A stretch of 64,000 nucleotides of DNA from Camelus dromedarius (GCF_036321535.1 NC_087437.1:47246001-47310000), one strand, 5' to 3'. Counted from the stretch's first letter, positions 1-14,310 are shown. A program made the numbers and translations. The notes: generated from the sequence alone by a model not told the origin.

Positions 1-1222
1 GCCATAGGCTGTGACACACAAAGTATTGAAGCAGAACCACAGAAGAGACATTTGATTTTATACCATTTTTCTGGGATTTGTCACTAGCAGTTGTCACTGT
101 CAGTGCTGGATAAATAGCAAAAGACACGTTAACACAATGGGTTTTTTTTAGAAACTCAGTTTTTTATACAGACTCCCTAACTCAATTAAACATTAGAAAG
201 AACACTATTGAAGTAATAAAAATTACAGAATATTTTTAAATAATAGAATTTTGTTCATTCAGTTCAGTTCATTAACTTCAAATGAAATAACATAATTGTC
301 TAGTAAAAATTCTATTTTTTTGGAAGTTGAGAATTTTTTAATTAACACATTAACACACCAGTTTAAGCAGTTCTGGTGCTTGTTTACCAGCCTCCTCAAG
401 GTTTTATTTGTGCTTCTCATTTAAGCAACTACATGTAGATCTTATTTCATCTTCACTACAATTCTGGAAGAAAATATTTCCAACATTTTTACAGATAACT
501 AAGATTATGTGGATAAGATCCCTGTCTGAAATTCTTAGTTGGGTTCATAGAGGAGCCGAGGATTAAAAGCAATTTCTGCCATGTGCTTAAATACCAGCCT
601 ATGCCCTGGAAATGCATGCTTACCTTTCCTGATCCCTGAAACGCCCAAACCCACGTGGCAGGAAATCAGCACAAACCAGTCACCAGGGCCCCTGTCTATG
701 CCTTGCCTGTTCAGTCTCCCAGCCCAAGTAGATGCCCCCAGGGACCTGAAATAATACAATTAAACCAAATAAACCATTGGCATGAATTATGTGAACTTGA
801 TGACAACCTCAGGCCATCGGAATAAAGCAGGGCCCCAGCTCCATCTCATTCACAGAACAAGGCTGTCACAGAGCATCGGATTCCAGCTTACAATCACTTC
901 TAAACTTCTCATTTCTTCCTTTCCCATCACAGTTCCTTAGCCACTCACATACCGATTCAGGAAGGAGATAGAGCAGAGTCAAGGGCTTTGGAGAGAACCT
1001 TATCAGATGGACACAATTCTCAGGTGCCTCACTGCAAACCTCAATAATCCTAAATTCTAGATTTGCATGCCAGCTACAGGAAAGCAGCCCTGTGTTTCTC
1101 CCTGGTTCACACAGAGGGTTATTACTGGGCCCAAGGCCTGAAGACAAGGTTGTTTTCACCGGGTTCCTAACTCAATTAGGGGTGTGAGTGTGTGTGTCTA
1201 TACACACAAGAGCTTGCGATTA

Positions 1223-1622
1223 TGTTACAGCAAGTGTTACAGCAACCTGAATCCAGTCGAGAGACAAAGCGACACTTGGAGAGTTGGAGAACTCAGGTTT
1301 ATTACACCGGCGGGCCCAGAGGAGTTAACGCTCCAAGCTCTGGACCCCGTCCGTAGGTTTATACGAGTTTTTATAGGGTCTTAGGTTTGGATTAAGTTCG
1401 TGCCATATGCAGATAAAGTGTTAGAAATGGACTAACCAGGAGTGAGCTTTTGGGAACCAACAGGATTTTAGGGGTAGTTTCATTTTCCTAGAAGCAAACC
1501 ATTTTACAGAAGCACAAAAGCGAGATAATGCTGCTGGGCCAGGGAACCAGATGGCACCAGTGGGAAAGTAGTGGCCCTGCCTGAGGGGTCCTGCTGGTCT
1601 TTTCATGGGGCTTCCCACCTCA
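1223..1622 (-). mobile_element. ERV1-like solo LTR, relatively young
   Basis: 400 bp bounded by TG...CA; flanks ATTA (1219-1222) and ATTC (1623-1626) fit a 4-bp TSD with one mismatch; minus-strand AATAAA (TTTATT near 1298); several CpGs retained in a CpG-poor background. Confidence 0.7.
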
Positions 1623-1859
1623 ATTCAGGCAAAAAAGAAAAGCCATTTTGCATATGAAAGCTATTCAAAACATTCAAATTCTTCCTGCTACTAAATGGGG
1701 TAGGGAGAAAAGTTTGGAAGTTTTCAGCCTTCTCTGAGGATCTTATTTATTTTATTTTACTATTTAGACCTCCTTCTAGTATCGATATAATTCAGCCTCC
1801 TATGTCTCTGGTGAGGCCCTGGCCTTCAGCTGCTTCCTCTGTTACATCTATTATGTACT

Positions 1860-2230
1860 AATTTATTTATTCAACCCATATTTGATATTTGTTGAGTGCC
1901 TACTATGCTTAAGGAGCTGGGGACCCAGTGACGAACTGAAAGGGCTTGAGTCCTGCCCTCATGGAGATTGCTGTCAAGGGGACATTAATTGAGCACTTAC
2001 TATATACGAAGAGCAATGCTAAATATGTCACATCATTAGCTTATTAAGTTTTCATTGCACTCCATCCTCACAGTAAACACATGAGGCAGATACTATGATT
2101 AATCCCTTTTTACAGAACAGAAAACTGAGTCTCTGATAGGTGAGGAAATGGCACTTGCTGATAGTGAGTCAAAATTCAAACCCAAGTCTTCCGGAGCACA
2201 GACGCTGTATTACCACACCATAATGCCTCT
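1860..2230 (-). mobile_element. L2 3' fragment followed by a MIR
   Basis: atttatttattcaac...ttgagtgcctactatg...cctgccctcatggag (L2 tail), then MIR-core-like ttttacaga...gaaaactgag. Confidence 0.6.
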
Positions 2231-2317
2231 ATGTGAAATGGTGTATATTTATATATTTTTTAATTGTAAAGATTAAGTACCATAATAGAAGCAAAACTCT
2301 TAATATGATGCCTGACA

Positions 2318-2383
2318 TTTAGTCATTTATTCAGTTATTAGTCATTTAGTCAATTAGTTATTAGTCATTTAGTCAGTTATTTT
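2318..2383. repeat. Short imperfect tandem repeat (tagtcatt/tagttatt units)
   Basis: Reiterated tagtcatttagtca...gttat motifs seen directly. Confidence 0.7.
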
Positions 2384-2719
2384 TATTCTCTCATTTTGCA
2401 GAGAGAGAACCTAACTAATCCTGAGCTCCTAAAACTTCTATCATAGCCAAGTGTCCTTGGTAAGTCCCAGACAGTCCCTTCCTTTTGGCCTGGCCCTGCC
2501 TCTCCTCTCAAAACAGATCCCCTACTATCCTCTAAGAACCAAGAGGCCAGACTTCACCATTCCTCATAAGAGAAGGAAGCCTGCTTCATGGGCCCAGGAA
2601 GACCTTGTCCTCACTCAGAGAAGCCCAGAGGAGGTTCCCTACTCCAGCAGCCTCTCCAGATTCAGAATATGCAAAACCTGTCCCTGTGGTCCACTGCATA
2701 CAGTGGACAAAGTCCTAGA

Positions 2720-2895
2720 TTTTGTTCATAAAACTTTAATATGCATCAGAATCCCCTGAAGGTCTTTAAATGCAGACCTCCAGGCCCAACCCCTAAATAT
2801 TCTATTTTGGTAAACTTGGTGGGGGTGCAGCAAGAGATAAGCATTTCATCAGACACTCCATGAGCTTCTTATGCCAGTTATTGGAAGACCACAGA
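2720..2895. mobile_element. MER5-like hAT-Charlie MITE, degraded
   Basis: aaactttaatatgcatcagaatcccctg...gaagaccac resembles the MER5A/B consensus. Confidence 0.55.
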
Positions 2896-3779
2896 ACAAG
2901 CCTCAAGATTAGCTTCATTTGTGGCTGCGAGGAATCTCTCAGACAGTAGATCCCCTTCCTCCAGGGAACCCAGTTTCACCCAGAGAATCAGAGAAGGCTG
3001 AGTCCTCAGAAAAGGCTGGAAGTTCCACTTAAAATTAAGAATAAACCAAACATCACTGCTATCATCTCTGGTCAGTCAGAAGAAATAGAGTTAAAATAAC
3101 ATTTTATTTAATACTTGCCACTTTCTGATGATTTTCTATGTGCCAGGCTTGGGTTTACTGGAGAAAGCACTAGTTTTGAAATATAATGAACTCCTTTCAA
3201 ATCATGTTATGTTTCCTTGGGGAAAATTATTTAATTTCTCTGAACCTCTGATTCCACATCTGTGAGGCAGGAAGTTGTAAAATGCAGCGTTGTTACGGGG
3301 CTTAATGAAAATCAATTATCCGGTCTATGGCAACATGCATCCAATGTTGGTTCCCTCAGTTCTACCCTCTCCCCATCAGACAAAGTGTCTGCTGTCACTG
3401 TGACTTGGGAGTATTCAAGTAGTCTGTGTTTTCTACGTTAATGTTATGAGTGTAATGCTTCTATTGTGCCTGCTAAGTTTTAGGATATCCCTACCTTAGC
3501 AACCTTATTCAAACCAAGAGATTAATGGTGTATCTGCTTGCTCCATGTCATTTTTTCCCCAATAGGAAATAATAAGATTAACATATTTATTAGGAAGCCT
3601 AACCACCTAAATGCAGTAATCTGTAGATGTTGTATATAATGGGTGGAACTTGGGACTGATTAAAAATTCACCTGTTATTTTGGAAACCTATCCCAAGAGA
3701 CTCTGCATATTACTCAATTAGTAGTGTGTACAGTCCAGTAGAAAAAGGCTGCAGAGATGTGAATGCATGTAGGTGTTAC

Positions 3780-4160
3780 ATTGATTCAACAAATATTTAT
3801 TAAATATTTCCCAGTTTTCAGCCACTGGCCTGGGTGCTGAAGATACTACATTGAACAAGGCATACAAGGACTTTGCTCTCATGTCACTTCAACCTAATAG
3901 GAAAATACTACTGACAGCTGACATTTATCACATGCATTCTATATGTGAGGTACTGCAATACTGATTGTTTTACATGCATGCATGTTTCTTAAAAATGCCA
4001 TAAGCAGAAGCTGCTTTTATTATCTCCATTTTACCAATGGGAACTCTAAAGCACAGAGAGGTTAAGTAACTTGTCCAAGGCCACACGCATGAGAAATATC
4101 AGAGCCAGGATTCAGATGGACCCCAGAGATTTCTGCCTCAACCACTGTGCAAACTGCCTC
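3780..4160 (-). mobile_element. L2 tail fragment plus MIR
   Basis: attcaacaaatatttatt (L2 end); ccattttac...gcacagagaggttaagtaacttgtccaaggccacac (MIR core). Confidence 0.7.
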
Positions 4161-4966
4161 TTTATATAATCTGAAGTTTTAAGGGGTGTTGTATTATTCA
4201 AAGAGATTTTTATATTTTATTCTATGGGCCTCATAACACATCTATGAATTGGGAATAGCAAGTGATAAAAATTACCATTTTTGAAACTAAAACTAAACAG
4301 AAAGGTAAAGCAGCTGTAGACCAAAAGGGAGTGGACACAAGAACCCACATTTTTAATACTTTTTGTCTTTTGTATTTCTTTTACTATATATACATACATT
4401 CTGTTGGAAAAAGGGGAGGAAATTATTCAAGTATGAATTGAGTCAATTTATCTTGGATAATGTTCAGTCTCCTCATTGTAAAATTAAGGTAAAATCATAG
4501 CTTTGGCATGATTATTAAAAGAATCCATTTAGATAAAGCATATACAGTGATTGGCATGCAATGATTATTTTGTAAATGTCAGAGCCTCTTCATCTTGTGG
4601 TTATAAATTTACACTTTTATTCTTTCACACTTGATATGGGCCAATATTCATAGAAACTGCATCTCATTCCTGGGAAATTTCTTAAGTCAAATCACTGTTA
4701 ATTATAGAATTATTATATTAAATCAGCTCTATAAGGCTGGTCTACATGAATGTTTAATTGGCATACAAAATAGGAAAAATAATATTGTAGCTGAAAATGA
4801 AGAAAAGTATCTACTCCTGAAGTCACCTACTCTTAGAGCAAAAGTAGTTCTTAGTGGTCACTTTAGAGATCTGGTCCAGAAAATCTAGAAACCAAAATGT
4901 AGACAGGAATTGCTTTGTCCAAAGGCCCACATCCGGTTGGAGGCAACATACTTGGGACTAGACTCC

Positions 4967-5377
4967 TGCTGTGCCACCCTCCCACTCCCCACCCTGCCCC
5001 ACACACAGAGGGCAAGGAGAGACCGAATAAAGAGGGAGATCATTCCAGATTGGCAGGTGGCAGTTTTAATAAGCAAGGGAACTTACATACGAGACTTTCC
5101 TTGGGTGGCCTCAAGAGAAATAGGTCTCCCTACTGCCCGACAGAATCTTAAAAGTTTATGTAAAGAACTTAACTGGGTTCAGTCATGTATACCACTCAGA
5201 TGGTCTCAATAACACATTAGCATCTCAAGGCTGCATTCTTGCAACGGCTCCGGCTATGAAGACAGTGGGCGGAACACATACTCCAAGGACAGGGGAGGGG
5301 ATGAGAAGCCTGTGATTGCCCTTGTCCAGCTCGTGGGTCAACCAGCAGTCATGTCCTCTTGATGACCTCCTCCAGCA
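4967..5377 (-). mobile_element. Probable ERV solo LTR (~410 bp)
   Basis: TG...CA ends, minus-strand ATTAAA and TATA-like motif in LTR-like spacing, higher GC than flanks; no clean TSD. Confidence 0.5.
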
Positions 5378-5741
5378 ATGTGGTCTGCGAATGACCACTG
5401 TCATAAAAATTTCAGCCCTGTGGGGCAAACCTACATAGAAGTACCCAAGTAACAGGGCCTAGGAAGGCACAAATCTCTGATCACTAACCTTGTAGAAAAG
5501 AGTATCTGTCCACATTGTCTTATTAGAGTGTTTATTTCTTTAAGGAAAATAGAAATTCCCCCTTACATTAAAAAATCTTACAATTATCTGTTAAACTATC
5601 AAGGTCTCCACACATTTTTCTATTGGCCACGAGAAATGGAATTCTTCAAAAAAAAAAAAAACCTACTAATCAGAAAAACGTGGTATTAATTTTCTAAGAA
5701 AAAGATTCCTGATTATGATTAAATTGCATGTTCTTTCTTTC

Positions 5742-5745
<4 letters not shown>

Positions 5746-5797
<52 letters not shown>
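5746..5797. repeat. (AC)26 microsatellite
   Basis: Perfect dinucleotide run. Confidence 0.98.
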
Positions 5798-5800
<3 letters not shown>

Positions 5801-5864
5801 TTGAAAGTACCAGACATGGCCTGTCTTCTTCACTGCTTCTAAACTTACCCTATATTTTATTTCA

Positions 5865-6390
5865 GTATTTATTCAGCAAATATTTCTTCAGAACTGCTAG
5901 TATTTGGTCCTGTGCTGGACATATGCTACAGTTCTTGCCTGAAGAAGTTCACTGGGGAGGCAGACCCTCAAACATGTGTAAGTGCTCCCCTAGACTCTAG
6001 ACTTGACTCTAGTGCTTACAGTGCAGTGCGGCAGTGAAGAGAGTTGCTCTCTCTTTCTGAAACAACCAGGGAAGGCTTCAGAGAGGAAGTGAATCTGAAC
6101 TAGGTCTTGGAGGACCAGTGGGAATTTGCCAAGTGAAGACTGCAGAGGCCACTTGGGACAGAAGGAAAAGCATGTGTAAGGATGCAGACTCGGGAGAAAG
6201 CATGACCTAGTTATGAACAAGGAGGACCAGTGGGCAGGAGCAAGTGAACCAAGTTTGGAAAGGTAGGTTGCAATGATATTGAGAAGGGTCTTTGGGGTCA
6301 GATGAAAGAGTTTGCACTTGTTAACCTGCTGGTGGGCAGTGTTGCTCCAGGGGAGGCTTTTAAACAGCAGTGACTAGATAAGATCCATTT
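5865..6390 (-). mobile_element. L2 fragment
   Basis: tttattcagcaaatattt tail; cagggaaggcttcagagaggaagtg and other typical L2 3' motifs. Confidence 0.65.
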
Positions 6391-9300
6391 TTGTAACATC
6401 TAATGTTTGTCAGCATGTGGCAAAGCTTTTGCACTTGAGGAGGAGCCCCTCTCTTTTTGAGATATTGGAGAGAGATTGGCCATGGAAATCACAGCTGAAC
6501 CAGAGTCTTCTGTCTAGAAATAATGCATCTGCTGCTTTCTGAAGCTTTTCATCCCTGATTCTGAAATTCTGTATGTCTGTCCTGGCATTTCTATAACACT
6601 GAAGATAAAAATGAATATGACCACTTTGTTTATTCTGGATGTAAATTACAGAGAAATTTTGAAGTTTCCAGCCTACTTTTTCAGTCTGAAGACAAAAAAA
6701 GAGAGAGTTTGTGGCTGATTTGAATAACGACTTGTGTTCTCAAGAGCTTTGTGCTTTGGTAAGCAATGTTGGCTGATTATTGCCTCATGCATTTCTGAAA
6801 CAGCTGCCTGTCTCCTTTTAGAGCTCTATTCTAGGGGGACTGCAAGAGCCACAGCAGAGATTTAACTCCTGGATACCCAGTTCATTTGGGTAGAAAAGAG
6901 ATGAAAGAGCAGTGGTACAGTTTTGTTTGTTTGTTTCGGAAATGATGGTTGTTTGAGGCAAATAGTGAAAGTCTCCTTCTGGGGAACCAAATGAAAGTTT
7001 TGTGTGAGCCATTCCTCTGAAGTCCACCTTCTCAATATTTTGATATATGTCTGCCTGTGTCTTTGAGCCAATTTTATTTTCATCAAGGATTCAACACTTA
7101 TTTCAATGAGGGACAAGTTAGGGCCTGCATCATGGGGCTGTCCTTCTGCTTTCTGAGTCCTACTATAAATCTAGTTTACCTGGAAAACCCCACCATGCTC
7201 CTGTGGTTGGATTTATTGCCACACCCAATAAGGAACCAGCTTCTATGCTTTTAGAGACTATATATTAAACACTCTGCACTTGGCATTCCTTAGATGCTGT
7301 GTATATTTAATGGATGGAGTTTATTGTCCTACTCTCCTCTAGTTTTAATCACATGATATAATGAAGGGCCCTAGGCTTAGTGAACTTCCCTTTCGTGGTA
7401 GGATGACAACTAAACAAAACTGACCAGGACCACGGGTGAACAGGAGCTGATTTCACAGGAAACAAGTCAGAGGTCGGCAGTGGTCCCATGGCCCTGATTG
7501 AGGTTGGAAGAAATGCTGGAATTACCCGCCAGCTCCCACGCTATATAACCATCCTCTGTAGTGCTCCCCTCTCTGTGAGGTATCTGTCCTTCCTGCCAGT
7601 TGTTCCCAATTGAATACACACGTCCCTCTTCCCAAAGTTTATAATTCAACAGTTCCCAGTGGTTCTTCTGAATTACCTATGGACTGCTCATTCCCAGTGG
7701 ACAGAGCAGAGTGTTCTATAGTTTTTGTTCACATACTTCAGCAGTGATCTTGGCTTCTGTTCTACAATTAATATTTATGGTATTTCTGAATGCTTACATA
7801 ATGTGCAAAATAACAATAATATCAAATATTTATGGAGCACTTATTATATGTCATGGGCATGCTAAACATCCACATGCTATCTTATTTATTTTCCTCACAA
7901 AAAGCTTATGAGTGAAATACTATTGTTTTCCCCATTTTTTATATCAACATCAAGATATGTCCAGATATAAATGGAAAATTGAAGGGAAGAAAACTAGTGT
8001 TTTCCTACTGTGTTTTTTTTATCCTTGTATCTAGTTTGACCTGGGCTTTTAGACTGGGCACCTGCCTCCAAGCCATGGCTTCCTGAATTTACCTGCCTCC
8101 TACTTTGGAAATACATTTCCCAACTGCTTCTAACCTCCTCAGATCCTGTTCAGGCCTTCTTACTCAGACCTTGAGTCCTTTGTCAATCATGCTTCTCTCA
8201 AGCTGACACTGGTTTCCTTCCCTGGCTATGGTTTGCCAGAAGTCTTGGGCCCTCCAGATAATGATGGTGCCTAGTACAACTTCAGTACAGGGACCCTACC
8301 TGAGGGCCAGCCTACAGGATTCACACTCCGCTGGGTTGGCTTCAGCTACCTCCCCCAGATAGAATTGGGCAGTTGAAGTTAAAAGTCCCCTCTGACCATA
8401 TTAAGCATGATAACTGGCTTCTCTGTCTGGGAGATAAGATAGCTTCAGGGAGGCATCCTCTCAATAAACACAGTAATCCCTTAGACTTACAGGGCCCTTT
8501 TTAAAAAGTCGGCTTTATCAACTTATTCAGCAAGCATGTATCAAGTACCTGCTGTGTGCTGGCACACTCGATTACACTAAGGGGTACAAAGATGAATAAG
8601 AAAGCCTCAGGAAACTCTGGGGACAAAGCAGGTTAGTGATGGAACTTACCCAGGAAGAGAAAGGAGTCAGAAATTTTGTTGGTTCTGACATCTTTGGTTA
8701 CAAAAGGGGCAACGTGATCTTTGGTGACTCCTGAAAAGTGAGAGCATCATTCCCCAAACTCTCCATCTTCTTCCAGACACTTTACTTGTTCTGCCTCAAC
8801 ACCATCATAGCTTCTTTATCACCAACAAATGGACATGTCTTATCCCTCTTGTAAGTAAAGCTTACCTGATCCATTTTTCCTTCAGGTTATTGTTTCTAAC
8901 TTTCTGCCCTTGCAACAGCAATCCCTAGTCTGAGCCACTCTATGAAAGCCACTCTCCATCTCTTCTCTGGAAGTGCCAGAGCAGAACAACCTCTGGCCAG
9001 CTACAACTCACATACTTGGGATATAATAGTATCTTATTGCTTTGTGCCTGAGAATGAACGTTTCCTTATAATCTCCTCTCTGGTGGATATTGTTTTATTG
9101 CATCATCCTGAGTTGAGGTAAAAGAAAAATAACCTTACCAAGTACCTGAGATTTTGTCTGCCTGCCTATCTATCTATTTATCTACCTACCTAAATTTCCC
9201 CTCAATGAAGAAAAGTCTTCTCAGAAGTTAGATTGACCTATAAGATCAGAAACATTTTTTTCATCTGTTCCCCAACCCTGGAGTCAGAAGATTGCCATTA

Positions 9301-10479
9301 AAGCCAGTTCAGGCACTAAATTACTGTGCTACCAAAGGCAAGACATTGCATCTTTCCCGGCCTCAGTTTCTGGGTTGAGACACGAAATTAGGTAAATTCT
9401 AAATTCGAATACAATGGGCAATTGCTTCAGGCCACTTGTCAAATTGAGACAATATTAGGGTGTAGAACAAGTCCCACGTTCTTTCCCCTGCCTCACACCA
9501 CCTGAGAAAGCTCACCAGGAAGCACATCGGCATACTTCAGTCTATTTTTTCCATGCATCATTTAAGTATTTTGCTGACCTAACCAAATGTAGTACATGAA
9601 TTTCCTCCTGTCTCATTCTAAACTCAGTCGCAGATTTGGGGTCCTGATCCCTTCACAGAGGCAGCCAGTCCTCCAAACGGTAGTGAGATGGGGTTCAACT
9701 CGAGCTATGGTCTTCCAGAGGTAAGGGTGGGCCCCTGAGCTGACGAGCTGTCACAGCCTCCAGCCCCACCTGGCACTTTTTCACCAGCATCACTATGTTA
9801 CTGACTACGCTGGGCCTAATCAGTTCTCTCCGAATGAGGGCTGCTTGCAGAGCACAGTGAGTCACAGCTTAGCCCTGCTTCCTTGCATTTTCAACACTTG
9901 CTTTATTCTTTCCCTTACAATTATCGAGTGTCAACAGTCCCTCCTTTCAACATGGCAAATCCTGCACGGGGGAGGCTGGCATTATTCCAACCAGGCCAAA
10001 GCCATAGGTTTTCCCTCACTGGTGTCTTTTAACCACAAGAGAGTTGCAAGATTTTTTAACTATTCCTGTGGGCTCCATTTCAAGATCCTTCTCTTCAGGC
10101 TCTGGCGATGCCACAGTTAACCCTGATGCCCAATGAGCAGGTTGGGAGGGCACCTCACCTTATGACTCCTAGGCGACATGCTAGATTTTTGAGCCCTTTT
10201 AGAAATGGTTAACACTGCTCTCCGAGGGCAGTGGGTGATATGTGGTTTCACTGTATTCCTTCTCCAAGTCTGATTTCTTTTTGCCTTTTCTTTGCTTCTA
10301 AAACCTGTTTTCCTCCAGGGGCTTGGGGATGTGTATGATTTTCAAGTGGAACAAGTTCACAATTTTTATATTTTCTCTTGTTCAACATCAAAAATACCAT
10401 TGTAAACTAGACACATACAGCAGCTTGGTCAGCTTCTATAATCTTTATGTCCAAATATTTCTTTTTTTTCTCATGTTTT

Positions 10480-13400
10480 AAAATCATCAGACAGTAAAAC
10501 TGACTTTTTTTAGTATTTCATTCTATGAATTTTTAGCACATGTATAGATTCATGTAACCACCATCACAATCAAGATAGTTTCCCCAACCTGCTATACCTG
10601 GGTTCCCAATCCTCCCCCCACCTTGAGCTACTGGCAACCACTGTCCTATAGTCTCACCTCTTCCAGAATGCCCTATAAATGGAACCTTATAGTATGTAAT
10701 CTTTTGAATCTGGCTTATTTCAATTAACACAATGCATATGAGATTCATTCATGTTGTAGTATGTATAAAGAGCTTATTCCTTTTTATTACTGAGTATTAT
10801 TCCATTGTTTGAATGTACAATAGTTGTTTATCCATTATTCCTCAAAGGATATTTAAGTAGTTTCCAGTTTATGTCAATTATAAATAATCTACTATACAAA
10901 TTTGTGTATAGGTTTTTGTGTGAACATAAGTTTTAATTTTCCTGGGAGAAATGCCCTGGAACACAATTAATTAGGTCATATAGTAAATGTACACTTAGCT
11001 TTATAAGGAACTGCCATACTATGGAAAAGAATGGCTGTACCATTTTGCATTCCCACCAACAATGTATGAGCATTTCAGTTTTCCCATATTCTTTCAAGCA
11101 CTGAGTATTATTGTCAGTATATTTTAATTTTGGCCATTTTAATAATAATTTTGGCCATCCTGGTTTTAATTTACATTTCCCAAATGGCTAATTATGTTGA
11201 ATATCTTTTTATGTACTAGTTTTCAATCTTTACATCTAGTTTGGTCAAGTATCTAAGTCTTTTGCCCATTCTAAAAAATAAATTGTTTATTTTCTTACTG
11301 TTGAATTTTGCAAGTTCTTTATAAATTCTGGATGCAAGTCTTTTGTCAGATATGTGATTTGAAACATTTTTCTCCCAGTTCATAGATTGTATCTTCATTC
11401 TCTTAAAAGAGTCTTTACAAAGCAAAAATACTGAATTTTGATTAAGTGCAATTTATCAATTTTGGTGTCATGCCCTCTAACTTCTTGCTTACTTCCAGGT
11501 AACAAAGATTTTCTTCTGTGTTTTTTCTTAAAGTTTATAGTTTAATGCTGTAAGTTTAGAGCTATCATTCATTTAAAGTTAATTTTTATATAGGTGGAGT
11601 GAGGTTTAAATTGAGTTTCTTTTTTTACACATATAGGTGTAATTGTTTCAACACGTTGGTTAAAAAGATTGTCCTTTCTTCACTGAATTGTCTTTGCACT
11701 TTCATAAAAATATCAGTTGACTATGTGGATTAATTTCTCATCTCTCTATTCAGTTCCTTTTATCTATGTGTCTATCCTTTGACTAATACCAGATTGTATT
11801 ATTACTGTAGCTTTATAATAAGTCTTGAAATTTATAATAAGTAGTATAATTCCTCTAATTTTGTTTTTCACTTTAGTAATTGCTTTGGCTATTCTAATTC
11901 CTTTGCTTTTTCATCTAACATTTAGAATCAGATTGTCTATATTGTTAAGATAGTCTGCCAGAATTTTGATTATTGCACTAAATCTATGTATCAATTTGGG
12001 AATAATCAACATCTTTATTATACTGAGTATTCCAATTCATGAACTCAGTATGTCAGTCTATTTATGCATGTCTTCTTTGATTTCTTTCATCAGCATTTTG
12101 CAGTTTTCAGCATAGAGAATAGGTATGTGTTTTTTACAAAAGTGTTTTTCATTTCCAAGTGTTCAGAGACTTCACTGATATCTTCCTGGTATTGCTTTCT
12201 AGTTTAATTCTATTATGGTCAGAGAACATACTCTGCATTATTTCAAATCCTTCCAACTTGTTAAGGTTTGTTTTGACCAAGAACATGGTCTATCTTGGTG
12301 AATTTCCCATGTGCAATTAAGAAAGAACATTTCATGCATAATCACTGGGTGACATGTTCTATACATGCCAATTAATATCGAGTAGGTGGGTAATGTTGTT
12401 TAGGTCTTTTATGTCCTTACTGATTTCCTGTCTACTATTTCCATGGCTTACTGAGAAAAAAGTCTTGAAAGTTCCTAAGAATTGTGGATTTATCTGCTTC
12501 TCCTTTCAGTTATGTCAGTTTTTGCTTCATGTATTTTGAATCTTGTGGTTAAGTACATAACATTTAGACCCGTTATTTCTTCTTAGTGAACTGTACCTTT
12601 TATTATGATGTAATGCATTACTCTTTATCCTTGGTAATTTACTTTGCTTAGAGGTCTACATTGTTAGATATTAACATAGCCACCCCACTCTTCTTTCAAC
12701 TAGTGTTTGGATGGCATATCATTTCCCACTGTTTTACTTTAACCTATCCATATCATTTTGTTTGAAGTGAGTTTCTTGCAGGCAGCATATAGTTGGTTCA
12801 TTATTTTTTAATCCATCCTGACAATCTCTGTCTTTTAGTTAGGTATATATACAACATTTCCATCTAATATACTCATGGAAAATTTAGGGATACCATTTTA
12901 TTATTTGCTTTCTGTTCATTTCCTCTATTTCACATTCCTTTGTTTTTCATTCCCTGACTTCTTTTGAGTTATTTAAATATTCTTAGTGTTTAATTCATCT
13001 AATGTGGGGGGTTTTTTACTATATTTCAGTGTACTTTTATTTTAGTGGCTGTTCTAGGGATTACAATATACATACTTAACTTCCTGCAGGCTATATAGAA
13101 TCAATTTTACCACTTCAAGTAGGATGTAAAAATCTTATCACCACAGAGGTCTCTTATCCTTCCCTACTACGTTATAATTGTTTTATATACTACATCTGCA
13201 CTCACTGAAAACCTTAATGATGATATTCTAATTTTTGCTTTTAAGCATCAAATGTATTTAAAGAACTTAGAAGGAGAAGGACAAGCTACTGTATCTACCA
13301 TTTTTGTTACTCTTTCCTTATTTCTGGTGTTCCAGGTTTCCTCCTGGTATCATTTCTCTTCTGTGTCTGAAGAATTTCCTTTTTGGATTCTTTTAGAACA

Positions 13401-13510
13401 GGTTCTGCAACAAATTCTTTTGGTTTTCTTTTGCCTGAAAATGTTTTCATTTCACTTTCATTCCTAAAGAATATTTTTACTTGTTATAGAATTGTGGGTT
13501 CACAGGCTTT
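10480..13510 (-). mobile_element. Ancient L1M (L1MC/MD-like) with a large internal deletion
   Basis: Antisense L1 3'UTR (catgtatagattcatgtaaccacc), ORF2 C-terminal remnant (11216-11425: WEKNVSNHISDKRLASRIYKEL), then a jump near 12130 to endonuclease/inter-ORF sequence. Confidence 0.85.
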
Positions 13511-14310
13511 TTTCCTGTGAATCAATTTCCTCCAATATTTCTTTAAATATTCTCTAATACATGCTGAATCTGAAGAACATTGAGTTTGCTTTTATTGGAC
13601 CTGAGACTGTTCCATTATGACTTCCTAATCATAAGATATACACTGAAATAGATATTCCAAATATATCATGTATTTACACTTCCGCATTTGCCCTCAAGAT
13701 TTCAAGTAGAAACGCTGCCACAGAAAACGTAAACTGTTCATTTATGACAATACGAGGTGTTGGGCCAAGACAGCTCAAAATGGCAGCCTGTCACTACTTT
13801 CATTAATTTGGTCTTCCTCCCATGATTAATTGAGAAGACATATTGTCTTTCTTATTATAGCTCTCATTTCACTTGATTTTCCCATCCTGCTGTAATCACA
13901 CTTTCATCATTGCCCTAGCTAGAGACCACTAGCTTGCAAGTAAAAACCCATCTCCATTAATAATATGTACCATCTGCCTCCCTTGTTGGGCTGCTAATTA
14001 AACAAGAGTTAATAAGCTGATGATAGCAAAACTCTTGACTGATTAGGTATATACTGAAGTAATAAGAAATAGTCATATACCTTTTTGAAAGACCAAGGAA
14101 ATATCCATTCTAGCTTTCATTATATGTTGAATCCATGTACAGGTTTCTGTACGTATTTCTCCCTTCTAAGCTGAGGTTCTTATCTGACCTTGAATGCCTT
14201 CCCCACAACTCTCCCCTGCCTTGTTCACCTTGAGACTTTCAGTTTGGTCTTTAGGACTCAAATCAAGTTTCACCTCCTTTTAGAAGGCTTTCTTTCACTT
14301 TTTTCCCCAT

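Noticed and set aside
6818..7060. Protein-like minus-strand frame (ADIYQNIEKVDFRGMAHTKLSF...)
   Set aside because: No recognised homology or donor site, and it runs through a (TTTG)n tract.
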